A stretch of DNA of 64,000 bases from the human T2T-CHM13v2.0 reference genome, Homo sapiens: NCBI RefSeq assembly GCF_009914755.1, contig NC_060926.1, one strand, 5' to 3'. Of this stretch, positions 1-17,539 are shown piece after piece. How positions within the stretch are numbered: the first letter of the stretch is position 1; each line of letters starts with the position of its first letter. The translations under genes were made by a program, and so were the position numbers. The notes under the pieces are model-generated. The model made no database searches. It was not told the origin of the DNA and saw nothing but the letters and a program-made list of their open reading frames with translations.

Positions 1-503
1 TCTCCTCTTCTTATAAGGACACCAGTTGGTTATATTGGATTAGGGACTCACCCTACTCCAGTATGACTTGTTCTTAACTAACACATCTTCAGTAACCCTA
101 TTGTTAAATAAGGTCACATTCCGAGGCACTGGGAGTTAGGACTTTTTTTTTTTTTTTTTTTTTTTTTTGAGACGAAGTCTCGCTCTGTCGCCCAGGCTGG
201 CGTGCAGTGGCGCGATCTCGGCTCGCTGCAAGCTCCGCCTCCCGGGTTCACGCCATTCTCCTGCCTCAGCCTCCCGAGTAGGTGGGCTACAGGCGCCAGC
301 CACCACGCCCAGCTAATTTTTTTTTTGTATTTTTAGTAGAGATAGGGTTTCACCGTGTTAGCCAGGATGGTCTCGATCTCCTGACCTCGTGATCCGCCCG
401 CCTTGGCCTCCCAAAGTGCTGGGATTACAGGGGTGAGCCACCGCGCCCGGCCGGGAGTTAGGACTTTCACATTTCTTTCTGGGAGACACAATTCAACCTA
501 TAA
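1..503 (-). mobile_element. MaLR MLT1 (B/C-like) LTR fragment, interrupted by AluY
   Basis: ccctactccagtatgac...aataaggtcacatt...gacacaattcaacc is the reverse complement of the MLT1 5' part; the sequence resumes after the Alu. Confidence 0.7.
144..452 (-). mobile_element. AluY, full length, CpG-rich (young)
   Basis: Diagnostic gcaagctcc, ttcacgccattc, gttagccaggatggtctcgatc; long poly-T tail; TSD gggagttaggact at 131-143 and 453-465. Confidence 0.95.
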
Positions 504-630
504 GGTTGAGGACCGTGTCTCGGACTTTCTTCACATCAAGGAAACTTAGAGCACTGCTAGGCAGTTTTCTGCTTTGGGTAGAACTGAAGGAAAATTAAGG
601 ACTATGATTTCTTTTAAATAAACAGATTTC

Positions 631-810
631 GGCTGGGCACAGTGGCTCACACCTATAATCCTAGCACTTTGGAAGGTCGAGCCGGGAGGATCTCTTGAGC
701 CCTGGAGTATGAGGTTACAGTAAACTATGATCAACTCCACTGCACTCCAGTCTGGACAACAGAGTGAGACCCTGTGTCTAAAAAATTAAAATAAATTAAA
801 ATAAAATGAA
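631..810 (+). mobile_element. Alu monomer (FRAM/FAM-like, or left/right recombined AluJ)
   Basis: Left-monomer-like start ggctgggcacagtggctcacacc joined to a right-monomer end (gaggttacagtaaactatgatc...gagaccctgtgtct) and an A-rich tail. Confidence 0.75.
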
Positions 811-1809
811 ACAAATTTTATATAAGGATATAATATGTTTAATTGTAACAGAATAGTACTTTGATATTAACTGATATAAGTTCCCTATGATTCTTTTTAT
901 TTATCTTACAGCCCTTCCCTCATTCTTGAGATATAGATTGTCTTAGGAAAGGTTGTTGCAGAAAAATCGGAGAACAAAAGAGTGAAATTTTACCTTTTGA
1001 GTTTTAAAAGCTTAGGTCCAGAAAGAAGGCAAAAACATTAAGAATAATACTTGATTAATCAAAGATAGTTCTTTCTCCCTCCTTTCTATCTGAGATTAGA
1101 TAAAGTGTCCAGAACTGGGGGAGGAATAAGAGGAGCATCTGAGAGAAAGCAGGACCAGTTTTTTGTTCCTCAGCAGGGGTCATATGGCTTGCCCCCAGGT
1201 CAATTCCTGAGGAGTATGAAGGAAGCAAGATCTTCCCCAGATGGGAATAGGGATTTAGGAGAAGAGGAAGATTATATCTTGCTTTCAGGGAAGTTTTAAT
1301 ACTTGTAGAATTTTCCTGTCCAGGTAGGATAGAAGCAGAGTTGAGTGTTTCCTCTATCTCTGAGAGGGGCACAGAAGTACTCAAGGTAGAGCCAGCCTGG
1401 AGAGACCTAGTGGTCAGGAGCAAGAGGCTGAGAAGGGCTCTGGGACCAAGGCCCAGCTAAATGATGGACATCTCAACACATGCAGTTACAGAGAGATGAC
1501 GGTGCCTCCCTTCCTATGCCATAAACTCATGTAATCCCAAAGATAGGTCCCTGGATTGACTCACTAGGTTTCTACTACTATATGGAATGAGGCTCATAAA
1601 GTAAATTATGTTTGGTTATTAAAAAATAAAGTTAATTTCTTTCAATCCTTAATTTGTGACCTGAGATTTATTTCAACTCCATAAAGAAAATGATCATTCT
1701 ACACTTGCAAGCTGCCTCATATTTCTAGGTGGCCAGTGGGAACTGAAACTGTTCTCTGGGCAGCCAAGTGTAACATCAGCATTTTCCCAGACTACAGAAG
1801 TTATTTCTG

Positions 1810-3160
1810 TACCATGTTACCCATGTTACCCATTATTCTGAAGCAATCGATGTGTTAAAATGGTAGAATAGTCTTTGAAAGGCTCAGTTATCACACTAGC
1901 TGGGTGGCAACACCTTGTGGGACTGGGTCAAGGTCCTTCAGGTTGTGGTTAATGTTCTAAATCAATATCCATTCTATAGTGCTATTTCTACCATGGCAAG
2001 CTTTACAAGTCTAGGAAGCAAAAGGTGGAAATGGAAGTTGTTGTTCTCATGATCATCCCTAGTGATCCACTAGCACAATTTTTTTTTCATCCCCAAAATT
2101 TTAGGCTCTACTGCTCTAGAAGTCTTAGTTCCAAAGGAAGAAATGCTTCCACCAGGGACACAATGATTCCATTGAACACTCAGTTGAGAAGACTGCCACT
2201 TGGCCACTTTGAGCTCCTAATGCCACTGAATGAATGGCATATCAAGAAAGGGGTTACTATACTGGCTGTGTTGACTGATCTTGACTATCAAGGGAAAATT
2301 AAATTGTTACCATGGAATGAATGGCTATGTCTAGAATGCAGGAGACCCTCTAGGGAAACTTTTAGTATACTCATATTTTGTGATTATTAAGTCAGTGTAA
2401 AACTACAACAACCTCCAATTCAAGCAGAACTGTTAATGGTCAGACCTTTTAGGAATAAATTTGGAAACAGATAAGGAACTGTGACTAGTTACAGGGCTTG
2501 ATAAGGAAATATGAATGCTTAGTAGAAGAAGGCAGTTATAAATACCAGCTATGACCACATGAACATTGCAGAAAAGAGGACTACGATTGTTGTGAATACT
2601 TACTTCGATGTGCATATTATGTATATATTAACCAAATATTTTTGTTTTCTTCCTTCCTTCTCATCTCCTTATCTAATATAATATATGCTAAGTTAACTTT
2701 TTTCTCAATACTTAAGTTACAAGATATCAAAAAGTGACATGTGAATCAATTAGGAGAAGAATAAAAGATCACCCAAATCAAAAAGAGGACTTTTTATTCT
2801 CTTTACATAAAAGAATTAACGCAGGGCTCAACAAACTATGGCTCATGAGCTGGTCATCTATTTTTATAAAAAAGTTTTTCTTGGAACACAGTCATATTCA
2901 TTCACTTATGCATTTTCTATGGCTGCTTTCATGATACAATGCTAGCATTGAATAGTTGCAACAGAAACTATGTGACCTATAAAACCTAAAATATTTGCTA
3001 TCTGGCTCTTTAAGAAAAAGTCTCTGACCCCTGAGTGACCATATTTTTGGTTGCATGGCGATAATTGTATTATGTTAGGCAGAAGCATGACTTTATTATT
3101 TCCTTTATTTGGAGGTTAACTATGGAGATATGTATGCCTGCAAACTTGGCAAAGAACAGA
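1810..3160 (+). mobile_element. ERV-L internal remnant (integrase C-terminal part, dUTPase and 3' region), degenerate
   Basis: ORF 2025-2390 contains IIPSDPLAQF...DTMIPLN...LPLGHFELLMPL...KKGVTILAVLTDLDYQGKI, matching the HERV-L/MuERV-L dUTPase region; upstream DNA resembles integrase HPEAAGLIERWNG. Confidence 0.85.
2822..3033. mobile_element. MER58A (hAT-Charlie MITE) inserted in ERV-L
   Basis: cagggctcaacaaactatggc...ttggaacacagtcatattcattc...aaacctaaaatatttgctatctggc...tgacccctg. Confidence 0.85.
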
Positions 3161-3161
3161 C

Positions 3162-3432
3162 TGAAGTGGCTTTGTAACGTGTTGCCTTGACTAGGCTGAA
3201 CTACATTTCCCAGAATTCCCTTTCTTGAATGTTTCCAGTTAGGCTGTATTACAAGAGAGATTCCCCTGGGGGATTTGGAGACTGTAAATGAAGCAACAGC
3301 CATTTTGAAACACACATACCTTGTCTGTTTCCTTGTTGGTGTGGGCAGTGGCCAGGACTGGAACTGCTCCATCTTCCCCTGGATCCTCCTTCAGCTTCTC
3401 TGACTCTTGGGCCAGGAGTGTGTGTGTGTGTA

Positions 3433-3479
<47 letters not shown>

Positions 3480-3789
3480 CTAATTTCATGACAAAGGGCC
3501 CTGGCTTCTGCATGACCAAGGTCAGAGGCAACAAGTACAAACACAGGTTTTTGCCTGTCTTATTGGCTCAAGCTTGTGCTTATGGGTTCCAGCTTGTTCT
3601 TGCTCTCCCTATTTTACATCTTGACTGCCTGCCCTGAGGACTTCCAGCTCCAGCATCAGATGCAATGACAATACCCTTACAGAGACTAGTATTCAACCAG
3701 CAACCACAACTGCATAAGGTAAAATCTCTATAACACATTTATATATTTCTTAAGGGGTCAATATCTTTGATTAAACCCTGACTGATACA
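3162..3789 (+). mobile_element. MLT2 (E/F-like) LTR, 3' LTR of the upstream ERV-L remnant
   Basis: tgactaggctgaactacatttcccagaattccc near the start and ...aaccctgactgataca at the end; directly follows ERV-L internal sequence in the same orientation. Confidence 0.75.
3418..3476. repeat. (TG)n microsatellite
   Basis: Interrupted TG run seen directly. Confidence 0.95.
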
Positions 3790-3834
3790 TGCAATAAACA
3801 TTTATAAAAAGGCATTTAAATGTTCTAATTAGAT

Positions 3835-4290
3835 CAATTTTTTTTGCTATCCTTTTGTTGTTAATTTCTAAGTTTTTTGCATTTTTTCAATAAATATACT
3901 TGTATGAATGCTGCTTTTTGTTTATGAACATTTTCTTTATGGCCTAATACATGGTTAGTTGTAACTCTTTCCACATGTTTCTGAACAATGTGTAATCTCT
4001 GTTGAGTGCAAATTTCTATATAACTTGTTACCATGTTATTAACTCTTGCTATGCTTAATTTTGTGTTTTCGATATCTTTTATAGAGAAGTGTGTTAACTT
4101 TTAACATGATAGTCATTCTGTCGATTTCTCCTTGTAAAATGCTAGAATCTTTTCTCTTCATATTTTTTTGAAACTATATTGTTAGGTGCATGGAAGTTCA
4201 TGACTAATATAGTTTCTTGGTGGATTGTACATTTTATCAATATGAAATACCATTTTTACCCCTTTTAATGTTTTTATACTGCATTAATAT
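3835..4290 (-). mobile_element. Old L1M fragment (ORF2 endonuclease region)
   Basis: gttaggtgcat...ttcttggtggattgtacattttatcaatatgaaatacc resembles antisense L1M ORF2. Confidence 0.6.
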
Positions 4291-4809
4291 TTGCCATTTC
4301 TATTATATAATAATTGAGATAATATATAATGTGCTTGGTCTCTCATGTCTGACAATAGGAAGCAGGCAATAAATAGAGGCTGCTATTATTATTGTCATCC
4401 TTGTAATAAATATTATTCTATGTCCCACAGTGTGCAGATTGGTTTCTTTGGGAGACAAAGAGGGAAATAAAGGACTAAAGGAATTCAGATTAAGAAAGAG
4501 AGCAACTGCCTCTCAGGCACTGCATAATGATGCTTAGAGTTTCTTCTCCTCTAAACAAGGTGATGGAAACTCCAGGGAAGAGAGGCCCCAGGCTTGGACA
4601 GATCACCAGAAAGCCTGCCAAAAGAGTCTTCCTAGGCAGCCAAGAGAATACAGCAGAAACAGATTTTCTTGTTGGATCTTGGCCTTTTTGCTTTTGAGGC
4701 CCAGCTGAAACTAGGAAGGGTAAAAGCAAAACAAGGTCAGACCTAATAGTAAATGTGCTCCTGTGGTTGGAAGGTTAGAATTATCTCTTCAGAGATTCCC
4801 TTGAATTTA

Positions 4810-4998
4810 CATATATTTATTCTAATTCTGATAATAACCCTCTGACGTAGGACTGATGCACTTCATTTCCAGATGAGGAAACTGGTGTTCACAGAGGCGA
4901 GAGATGTGGTCAAAGTCTCAGAGCCAGTAAATGCAGAGCCAGGGTTTGAGTGCAGCTATAGCTCCAGAATCCATTCTTTCCACTCTGTCATGCTGCTC
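4810..4998 (-). mobile_element. MIR
   Basis: cagatgaggaaactg...gcagagccagggtttgag...ctccagaatcc core. Confidence 0.75.
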
Positions 4999-6383
4999 CT
5001 CAGAGCAGCTCTCAGTGAGTCATCTTGGTGAGGGGCAATGAATTTGGGGTCAGGCGCAACCTTCAGCAAGAGCTGAGATAAAAGTGCAAAATAGAGAGTA
5101 AGCCACAAAAGAAATAGAAGTGTTTGGAAATGTTGGAGAAAGGCTCAGGCCCATGTTGAAGCTACTCCCTGAACTCTGTGCCATTTTCCAAATGGACAGA
5201 ACTGTGATGAGAGACACAGCGATAATTCCTCTGAATGATGTTTCTCAGGTCTGAAGAGATGGAATGCACTGGGGATTCTCTCAGCCTTGCCATTTGAGAA
5301 TGGAGAGTCAGGGAGAAAGCGAAGGGCTGGAATTAGAAATTCAAATGCAATCTGATGAAACCACTTTTGACTCCACAGTTAGTAACTCCAAGCTGGCTCA
5401 TTCCTTTAAATCTTGAGCCCGTCTCAAATGTAGTATACGTTAAGCACCAGAAATTACTGATCTCCCTTTCCATATGGCCAGTGCATCTCCCCACCTCTGG
5501 AATGGAAGAAGCAATAAATGCTGAATAAGACATTTCTTCAGGAAAGACCAAGAGCAAACACATTCTAAAGATGAGGAACTTTGTGAAAAATGTAGACCCA
5601 GTGCAGGAAAGAAACAGGTTGCTTGGAAGTATCTGCTAGGGATTTTTTTTTTTTTTAAACTAGGTAAGTTTGCCCCAGGCACATTCATTCAAATAATAAA
5701 ATGAGAATGGTGTTTGCAAGAATTTAAAAAGGTCCTTAAACTCCTTTCTAGTCAGAATAGATTATTACAAAATGTTCAAGATAGCTCTTCAGAATTTCAT
5801 TTGATGACCTTGACATGAATTTAAAGCAAATCTCTGCCTTAAAAGTTGTATTGGTAGAGTAATTAAAAGTATGTGATGTTCTTTGCAGAGAGGTGTTCAT
5901 TTGATGAGAAACTAGAGAAAAGCTTTTTCCTAACAATGTTATTGCAGCTCTTTGCAAGAACTTTAGTAAATTCTGGCTTCTGTCCTAGGTTAAGTTAATT
6001 AGCAGTAAGTAATTAGTAGTATAGGTAAAGATAATTAGTGTATATAAGATAATGATTGAAGTTAAATCAACCAGGGATGGGGATGGAAAGGTGCGGGGGG
6101 GATGGCACAGGCCAAGTTCTGGAATTAATTGCCAGAGGCAAAGTGAGTGAGGCTCCTGAATAGGCTCTGGGCCATATGGTAATCAGAAGGATCTGCTCTA
6201 AAGAGATCTTTGATGTTGGTTTATTCTTCATGGGATTCCTGGGATTGAAAGACAAGGGCAGCCTTCTAAAGCCCTACTTGATTTGCAATTTTTTTATAAA
6301 ATAGGTCTGGTGAATAATACCTAATTTTCATTACTCCCAAATTAAGTTACAGCATTTCACCCAATTTCTACCTGGATGAATTC

Positions 6384-6959
6384 AGTCCATGAAAAGGGTC
6401 AAACTCTGTAAAATATTTGAAGAGAGTTATTCTGAGCCAAGTATGAGTAACTATGGCTGGTGACACAGCCCTCAGGAGATCCTGAGAACACGTGCTCAAG
6501 TTGGTAGGGGTGCAGCTTGGCTTTATACATTTTAGGGAGACATGAGATATCAATCAAATACATTTAAGATATACATTGGTTCAGTCCAGAAAGGCAGCAC
6601 AACTCCAAACTTCCAGGTTATAGGTAGATTTAAAACTTTTCTGATTGGCAATTGGTTGAGTTATTATCCATAGAGAGGAATTGTCTAGGTTATGATAAGA
6701 GGTTGTGGAGATCAAACTTTTATCATGCAGATGAAGCCTCCAGATAGCAGGTTTCAGAGAGAATAAATTGTAAATATTTCTTATCAGACTTAAGGTCTGC
6801 CTTGATGTTAATGCTGGAGGGTATAAAAAGGCACGTCAGACCCTCACTTCCCGTCAAGGCCTGAACCAGTCTTTCAGGTTAAATTTTAGAGCACACCAGC
6901 AGATGAGGAAGTCCATTCAGATGGCTGGGGGTGGCTTAGAATGTTGTTTTTGGTTTTCA
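6384..6959 (-). mobile_element. MER4A-type ERV1 solo LTR
   Basis: Minus strand runs TGAAAACCAAAAACAACATTCTAAGCC...GGCTCAGAATAACTCTCTTCAAATATTTTACAGAGTTTGAC; 4-bp TSD attc at 6380-6383 and 6960-6963. Confidence 0.85.
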
Positions 6960-6992
6960 ATTCACAATGCAGAACTCTTTCATTGAAGAAGT

Positions 6993-7543
6993 GGTTACAC
7001 GAAAGGGGCCCCGATCCGGACCCCAAGAGAGGGTTCTTGGATCTCATGCAAGAAAGAATTCAGGGTGAGTCCATAGAGTAAAGGGAAAGCAAGTTTATTA
7101 AGAAAGTAAAGGAATAAAAGAATGGCTACTCTAGACAGAGCCACCCCAAGGGCATCTGGTTGCCCATTTTTATGGTTATTTCTTGATGATATGCTAAACA
7201 AGGGGTGGATTATTTATGCCTCCCCTTCTTAGACCATATAGGGCAACTTCCTGATGTTGCCATGGTGTTTGTAAACTGTCATGGCACCGGTGGGAGTGTA
7301 GCAGTGAGGACGACCAGAGGACACTCTCATCACCATCTTGGTTTTGGTGGGTTTTAGCTGGCTTCTTTACTGCAGCCTATTTTATCAGCAAGGTCTTTAT
7401 GATCTGATCTTGTGTTGACCTTCAGTCTCATCCTGTGATTTAGAATGCCTTAACCATCTGGGAATGCAGCCCAGTAGGTTTCAGCCTTAGTTTAGCCAGC
7501 TCCTATTTAAGATGGAGTTGTTCTGGTTTACACGCCTCTGACA
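6993..7543 (-). mobile_element. MER41A LTR (3' LTR of provirus)
   Basis: Minus strand starts TGTCAGAGGCGTG...AACTCCATCTT; about 550 bp; lacks the MER41B GAS-containing block; direct repeat of 17540-18083. Confidence 0.9.
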
Positions 7544-7560
7544 TTTCCCCCATCCCTTTT
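7544..7560 (-). other. Polypurine tract of the MER41 provirus
   Basis: Minus strand AAAAGGGATGGGGGAAA lies immediately before the 3' LTR. Confidence 0.8.
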
Positions 7561-9052
7561 ATAGGAGAACCCTTAATCCTAAGGGTTGCAGAGGGATGAA
7601 GATCCATCTTCTGCAACTTCTTCAGGCTGAATAGGGGCAATTATGTTCCTGCCTAACTATTAGAGTCTTTTGTGTTTAGGGTAGAGAGGAGCTCAGTCAG
7701 AAAGTGTTGGTATGGCGAGGGCCATTCAAAACTCCGAATTCTGACAAAAGGTGATATCTGGAAGATTAATAAGTGTTCAACTTAAGAAAACATTCAGTAA
7801 ACTTATCCTGCATCCCTACACAAAGAGTACAACAGCAATATATTTCACAACAGTAAAGCAAAATAAGTAAAATTATTCCAGGCAAACTAAATTAGAAGGC
7901 TTTCCATGAACTAGGCAACTGTTGGAACCAAGCTGATATGGGGTTGCTAGAAGATTCCACTGTGTGCCCAGGATTAGAATATTGATCCAGGTTTTTACAT
8001 CACCCATCTGAGCAGCAGCCAGAGATCACTGGTTGGTTCACAGGAATAAACAATGTTAGCCTAAATTGCAGAAACAATCTTAAAAACAATTGATGATACT
8101 AGAATCTAATAACAACTGTACCATAGTTTTTGAAACATAATTTTTCTCTCCAGTTTCCCATATTTACTAAAGACAAATTATGGTAAGACTGATTTGCTTT
8201 ATTATGCTTTGTCTGATTATTTGTATAAAGTGCAGCAGGAATAATTATTTTTTCACATAGGCTTTTTGTAAATTGGCTTTGATGGAACTGTTTCATAGAA
8301 GGAATCTCAGATAAGACTTTTTTAAAGCCAAGGCCAGCCATGGGTTTGTGCCCTCAAATATCTAAGAGTTGAGTAAATTCCTCTCCTCTTGGGGTCCCAA
8401 GATAACCTGGGGCTCCTGGACCTGTTCAAAAGTGACATTCTTTACTTACAACAGGTCAGAAACCTTGTACAGGGACTGTTGTAGGCGAGGTATGAGGCTA
8501 GTTCCCCAAGGGGCTTTTATTGGCTCTATAAGTCAAATTTGAGTTCTTAAAGGAAAGCATGCCATTCCGGACAGTCTTGGTAAAATAACCAATTTTTCCA
8601 ACTGTGTCCTGTTGCAAAAGAAAACAGATTCTTATTGCACTTATGCAAATAACTATATTGCCATAAATTTAGAATAGTTAGAAATAGTTTCCAAATTCTG
8701 GAGAAATCAGGTAGGAGAAACAAATAGGCTCCAAATTTTGTCCACAGGGGTATACTTTACTCAATTGTTGAAAGCTATAAATAGCTTAAAAGAAAAGTTT
8801 TCTTAACTCTGCAAAACAAAACAAAGGATCAGTAACTTTTTTATTTTTTATTTTACTTTAAGTTATAGGGTACATGTGCACAACGTGCAGGTTTGTTACA
8901 TATGTACACATGTGCCATGTTGGTGTGCTGCACCCATTAACTTGTCATTTATATTAGGTATATCTCCTAATGCTATCCCTCCCCCTCCCCCAATCCCACG
9001 ACAGACCCCGGTGTGTGATGTTCCCCATCCTGTGTCCAAGTGTTCTCATTGT

Positions 9053-12883
<3,831 letters not shown>

Positions 12884-12945
12884 TATGATGTTAGCTGGTT
12901 ATTTGCTCATTAGTTGATGCAGTTTCTTCCTAGCATCAATGGTCT

Positions 12946-13967
12946 TTACAATTTGGCATGTTTTTGCAGTGGCTGGTACCAATTGTTCCTTTCCATGTTT
13001 AGCGCTTCCTTCAGGAGCTCTTGTAAGGCAGGCCTGGTGGTGACAAAATCTCTCAGCATTTGCTTGTCTGTAAAGGATTTTATTTCTCCTTCACTTATGA
13101 ACCTTAGTTTGGCTGGATATGAAATTCTGGGTTGAAAATTCTTTTCTTTAAGAATGTTGAATATTGGCCCCCACTCTCTTCTGGCTTGTAGAGTTTCTGC
13201 CAAGAGATCTGCTGTTAGTCTGATGGGCTTCCCTTTGTGGGTAACACGACCTTTCTCTCTGGCTGCCCTTAACATTTTTTCCTTCATTTCAACTTTGGTG
13301 AATCTGACAATTATGTGTCTTGGAATTGCTCTTCTCGAGGAGCATCTTTATCGAGGAGTGGCATTCTCTGTATTTCCTGAATTTGAATGTTGGCCTGCCT
13401 TGCTAAGTTAGGGAAGTTCCCCTGGATAATATCCTGAAGAGTGTTTTCCAGCTTCGTTCCATTCTCCCCATCACTTTCAGGTACACCAATCAGATGTAGA
13501 TTTGGTCTTTTCACATAGTCCCATATTTCTTGGAGGCTTTGCTCATTTCTTGTTACTCTTTTTTTTCTAAACTTCTCTTCTTACTTCATTTCATTCATTT
13601 GATCTTCAATCACTGATACCCTTTCTCCCACTTGATTGAATCGGCTACTGAAGCTTTTGCATGCGTCATGTAGTTCTTGTGCCATGGTTTTCAGCTCCTT
13701 CAGGTCATTTAAGGTCTTCTCTACACTGGTTATTCTAGTTAGCCATTCATCTAATCTTTTTTCAAGGTTTTTAGCTTCTTTGCGATGGGTTTGAACATCC
13801 TCCTTTAGCTCGGAAAAGTTTGATCCTCTGAAGCCTTCTCTCAACTCGTCAAAGTCATTCTCCGTCCAGCTTTGTTCTGTTGCTGGCGAGGAGCTGCATT
13901 CCTTTGGAGGAGAAGAAGTGCTCTGATTTTTAGAATTTTCAGCTTTTCTACTGTGGTTTCTCCTCAT
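12946..13967 (-). pseudogene. L1 ORF1p, broken into three pieces
   Basis: MRRNHSRKAENSKNQS..., MKRPNLHLIGVPESDGENG..., ...KEALNMERNNWYQPLQKHAKL. Confidence 0.95.
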
Positions 13968-14278
13968 CTTTGTGGTTTTATCTACCTTTGGTCTTTGATG
14001 ATGGTGATGTACAGATGGGGTTTTGGTGTGGATGTCCTTTCTGTTTGTTAGTTTTCCTTCTAACAGTCAGGACCCTCAGCTGCAGGTCTGTTGGAGTTTG
14101 CTGGAGGTCCACTCCAGACCCTGTTTGCCTGGGTATCACCAGTGAAGGCTGCAGAACAGCAAATATTGCAGAACAGCCATTGTTGCTGCCTGATCGTTCC
14201 TCTGGAAGCTTTGTCTCAGGGGGCACCCAGCCGTGTGAAGTGTCAGTCAGCCCGTGCTGGGAGATGCCTTCCAGTTAG

Positions 14279-14795
<517 letters not shown>

Positions 14796-15522
14796 TTAAG
14801 CAAAAAGTTAAAAAGACTACTTCAATTTTTTTATTGGTTCAGTTAATTTAGTTAACTCCTGTTCTGCTTGATATTTATGAACACTTCAGCTCTCTATGAG
14901 AGTCCTGAAAGTTTTTTCCTCTATCTTGATGTCACAGTTTCTAAAGTTATCAGAAAACCTGCATTTAAGTGCACTTGTTGAAGTCCTACAGTTGATTTTA
15001 AAACCATCTTCGAAAGAGGACTAAATCAAGACAACAATTGTCTGTGGATGAGAAAATGTCTTAGGACAGCCACAGTCAAAAACACAATTGACAAATTTGG
15101 TTGTTTCTGTGGCATACAAAATTTTATGTAACAATTATAATTATTAATAACACTAAATCATATTAGAATTATAGTTTTTTAAATAATTTTGGAACACATA
15201 CCAGTAACATATTTATACAAATACAGCCCAAAAACCAAACACCATTTCATATTTGACAATGCTTCCTGTAAGACTTTTAAACCAAATACACCAAATTTCA
15301 CCTTCACATTAGTATATTATTGATGTCAAACCCAATTCTTAATGCAACCTTATAGACAAATGTATTCAATCTTAATCAGTTTGATAAGGTAAGATTTTCA
15401 TAAACCTTTTATAACGCTTTACACATTTTTGTTAAAGAGCAGATAATAAGCAGGTTTTTGCTTTAAGAAAAACCTGTTGTGCTTTTATTCCAATGTCCAA
15501 GTTACTGAATTTACTGAATTGA

Positions 15523-15787
<265 letters not shown>

Positions 15788-17515
15788 TAATTTTAGCCAA
15801 TATGTTCACACACAGCATTTCTTTTACAATTAATTTTTCACAAACCTTCCACAATTTGTTCAAACCTTTAGATTTTTTTCCTATCTCACTTAAAAAAATC
15901 CTTTAACCCTTTAAACTTAGGCAAGAAATCCACATTCCCATGAGTTCTTATAATTGTGTTTGCCAAAAACACATTCTAGTTTCCTCACACACCTTGCATG
16001 TAGAGCTGTTTCTTTGGTAGTCTCATTACAATGTTAACTCTTAGTGACTTTTACTTTTGTTGAAAACCTTGGTAAGCTCAGGATTTTAATTATGTACTAG
16101 GTATGGAGCCTAGCATAGGACACACTAGGCAGAAGTGCAGATAAGGGCTGACTGCAGCATAGCTAGGGGCGTGGCTAACTCCACATGTCCTAAGCCTTAT
16201 CTAGAATCTAATGCTCAAAAGTTAAAGAAGCAGTTTGTGGCCTTAAAGCATTTAGCACATTTAATATCTTACCTGCATAATTTAGACCAAGTATTTACAC
16301 TTTTGAAGACATTTTTATTTTACCAATAATCTTTAAAACTATCTTTATTTCCCAAAGATTACTTAAGTCACATGAACTAAAAGGCATTACATTTTTAACT
16401 TTTCTGACAATTTGGTTTAAGCTTGTATTATTAAACCAATTAATCAAAGTTCTTTTGTGTTACACACACAACACATATAAATACACAGACAGTGGAAGAT
16501 AAAGAACTCATCCCCTAAGCCAGGAATTGAAGTCTGAACCTCGGTCACCATTGTGATGGTAGAGACCAAGAGAAACGATTGCCACGTGGTTACAAGGTCA
16601 AACTCCCAAAGACATGACTGACCAGTTTCCGGGGCCATCTTGAACAGCGGGCTTGCAGGTGTCCTAGGCCCACATTCTATCCTAAGGTACTCCTCTCCAT
16701 TATAGAACACGGAAAGAAAGACACACAAAGCACACCAGATTCGCTACAGTTTAAGATTAGCCTCACAAGTCCTTTCTTCCACGAATCAAAACTTTACAGG
16801 AGATAAACAATGATATTTACCATTCATTCAACAAGTTTAAGAGAGAGAGGAAAGCACTGCCTGAGGCAGGGTGGGGAAGGCAAGGCACTCAGGGAGGCCA
16901 GAGAAAGAACCACCCATTGCAGCTGACACTGAAAAGTTCAGGTGGCCACTTGTCGGTCATGAAAGGATCTTTTCCAGCAGTCCCATCAACTCTCAAGTTT
17001 CCCCTTTGTGGGGAGGAGAAATCTCCCCATGTCCCATGATCCTGTACATGCCTAATCCTGTCACCCACAGCTGTCAGCAAAGCGTGCAAGGCAGATTAAT
17101 CCAAAGAGAATAGCAGTGAACATCCCATAGTGCCAAATTCGTTCTTAGCCAAAAGGGACTTTAATGAGAGGGGCCTTTAACCCCTTAAGTCTTAGAAGAG
17201 ACTCTAACCCTCCTAAGTTGGGCCTCTAACCCAAGGTCAGTCAAGCGTCCTTGCTTTTTATTAAGAGGGTCCTCTAACCCACTCTGTCTTAGGAGAGACT
17301 CTAACTCCCCTAAGTTGGGCATCTACCCCAGTCCCATTCTTTACCCAGGTATACGCACCCCACTTACACAAAGTTGTCCAATCAGTGCTGTAGTCTATTT
17401 CCTTTGGGTTGGGGGTCACCTCAGTATCACTCCTTCAGGTTTCACCAGAAAGATGTTAACAGACCCCACCACTTGCCCAAAGTTAGCCTGTGGGTCAGGG
17501 GTTTCCTCACTATAG

Positions 17516-17533
17516 TCTTTTCTGTGGTTGCCA
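17516..17533 (-). other. Primer binding site (degenerate, tRNA-Arg-like)
   Basis: Minus strand TGGCAACCACAGAAAAGA starts 6 nt after the 5' LTR; resembles the Arg PBS TGGCAACCACGAAGGGA. Confidence 0.65.
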
Positions 17534-17539
17534 GAAAGA

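Noticed and set aside
2025-2390. ERV-L dUTPase ORF as a domesticated gene
   Set aside because: Homology drops out in the middle, consistent with compensating frameshifts, the motifs are degenerate, and there is no true ATG at the ORF start.
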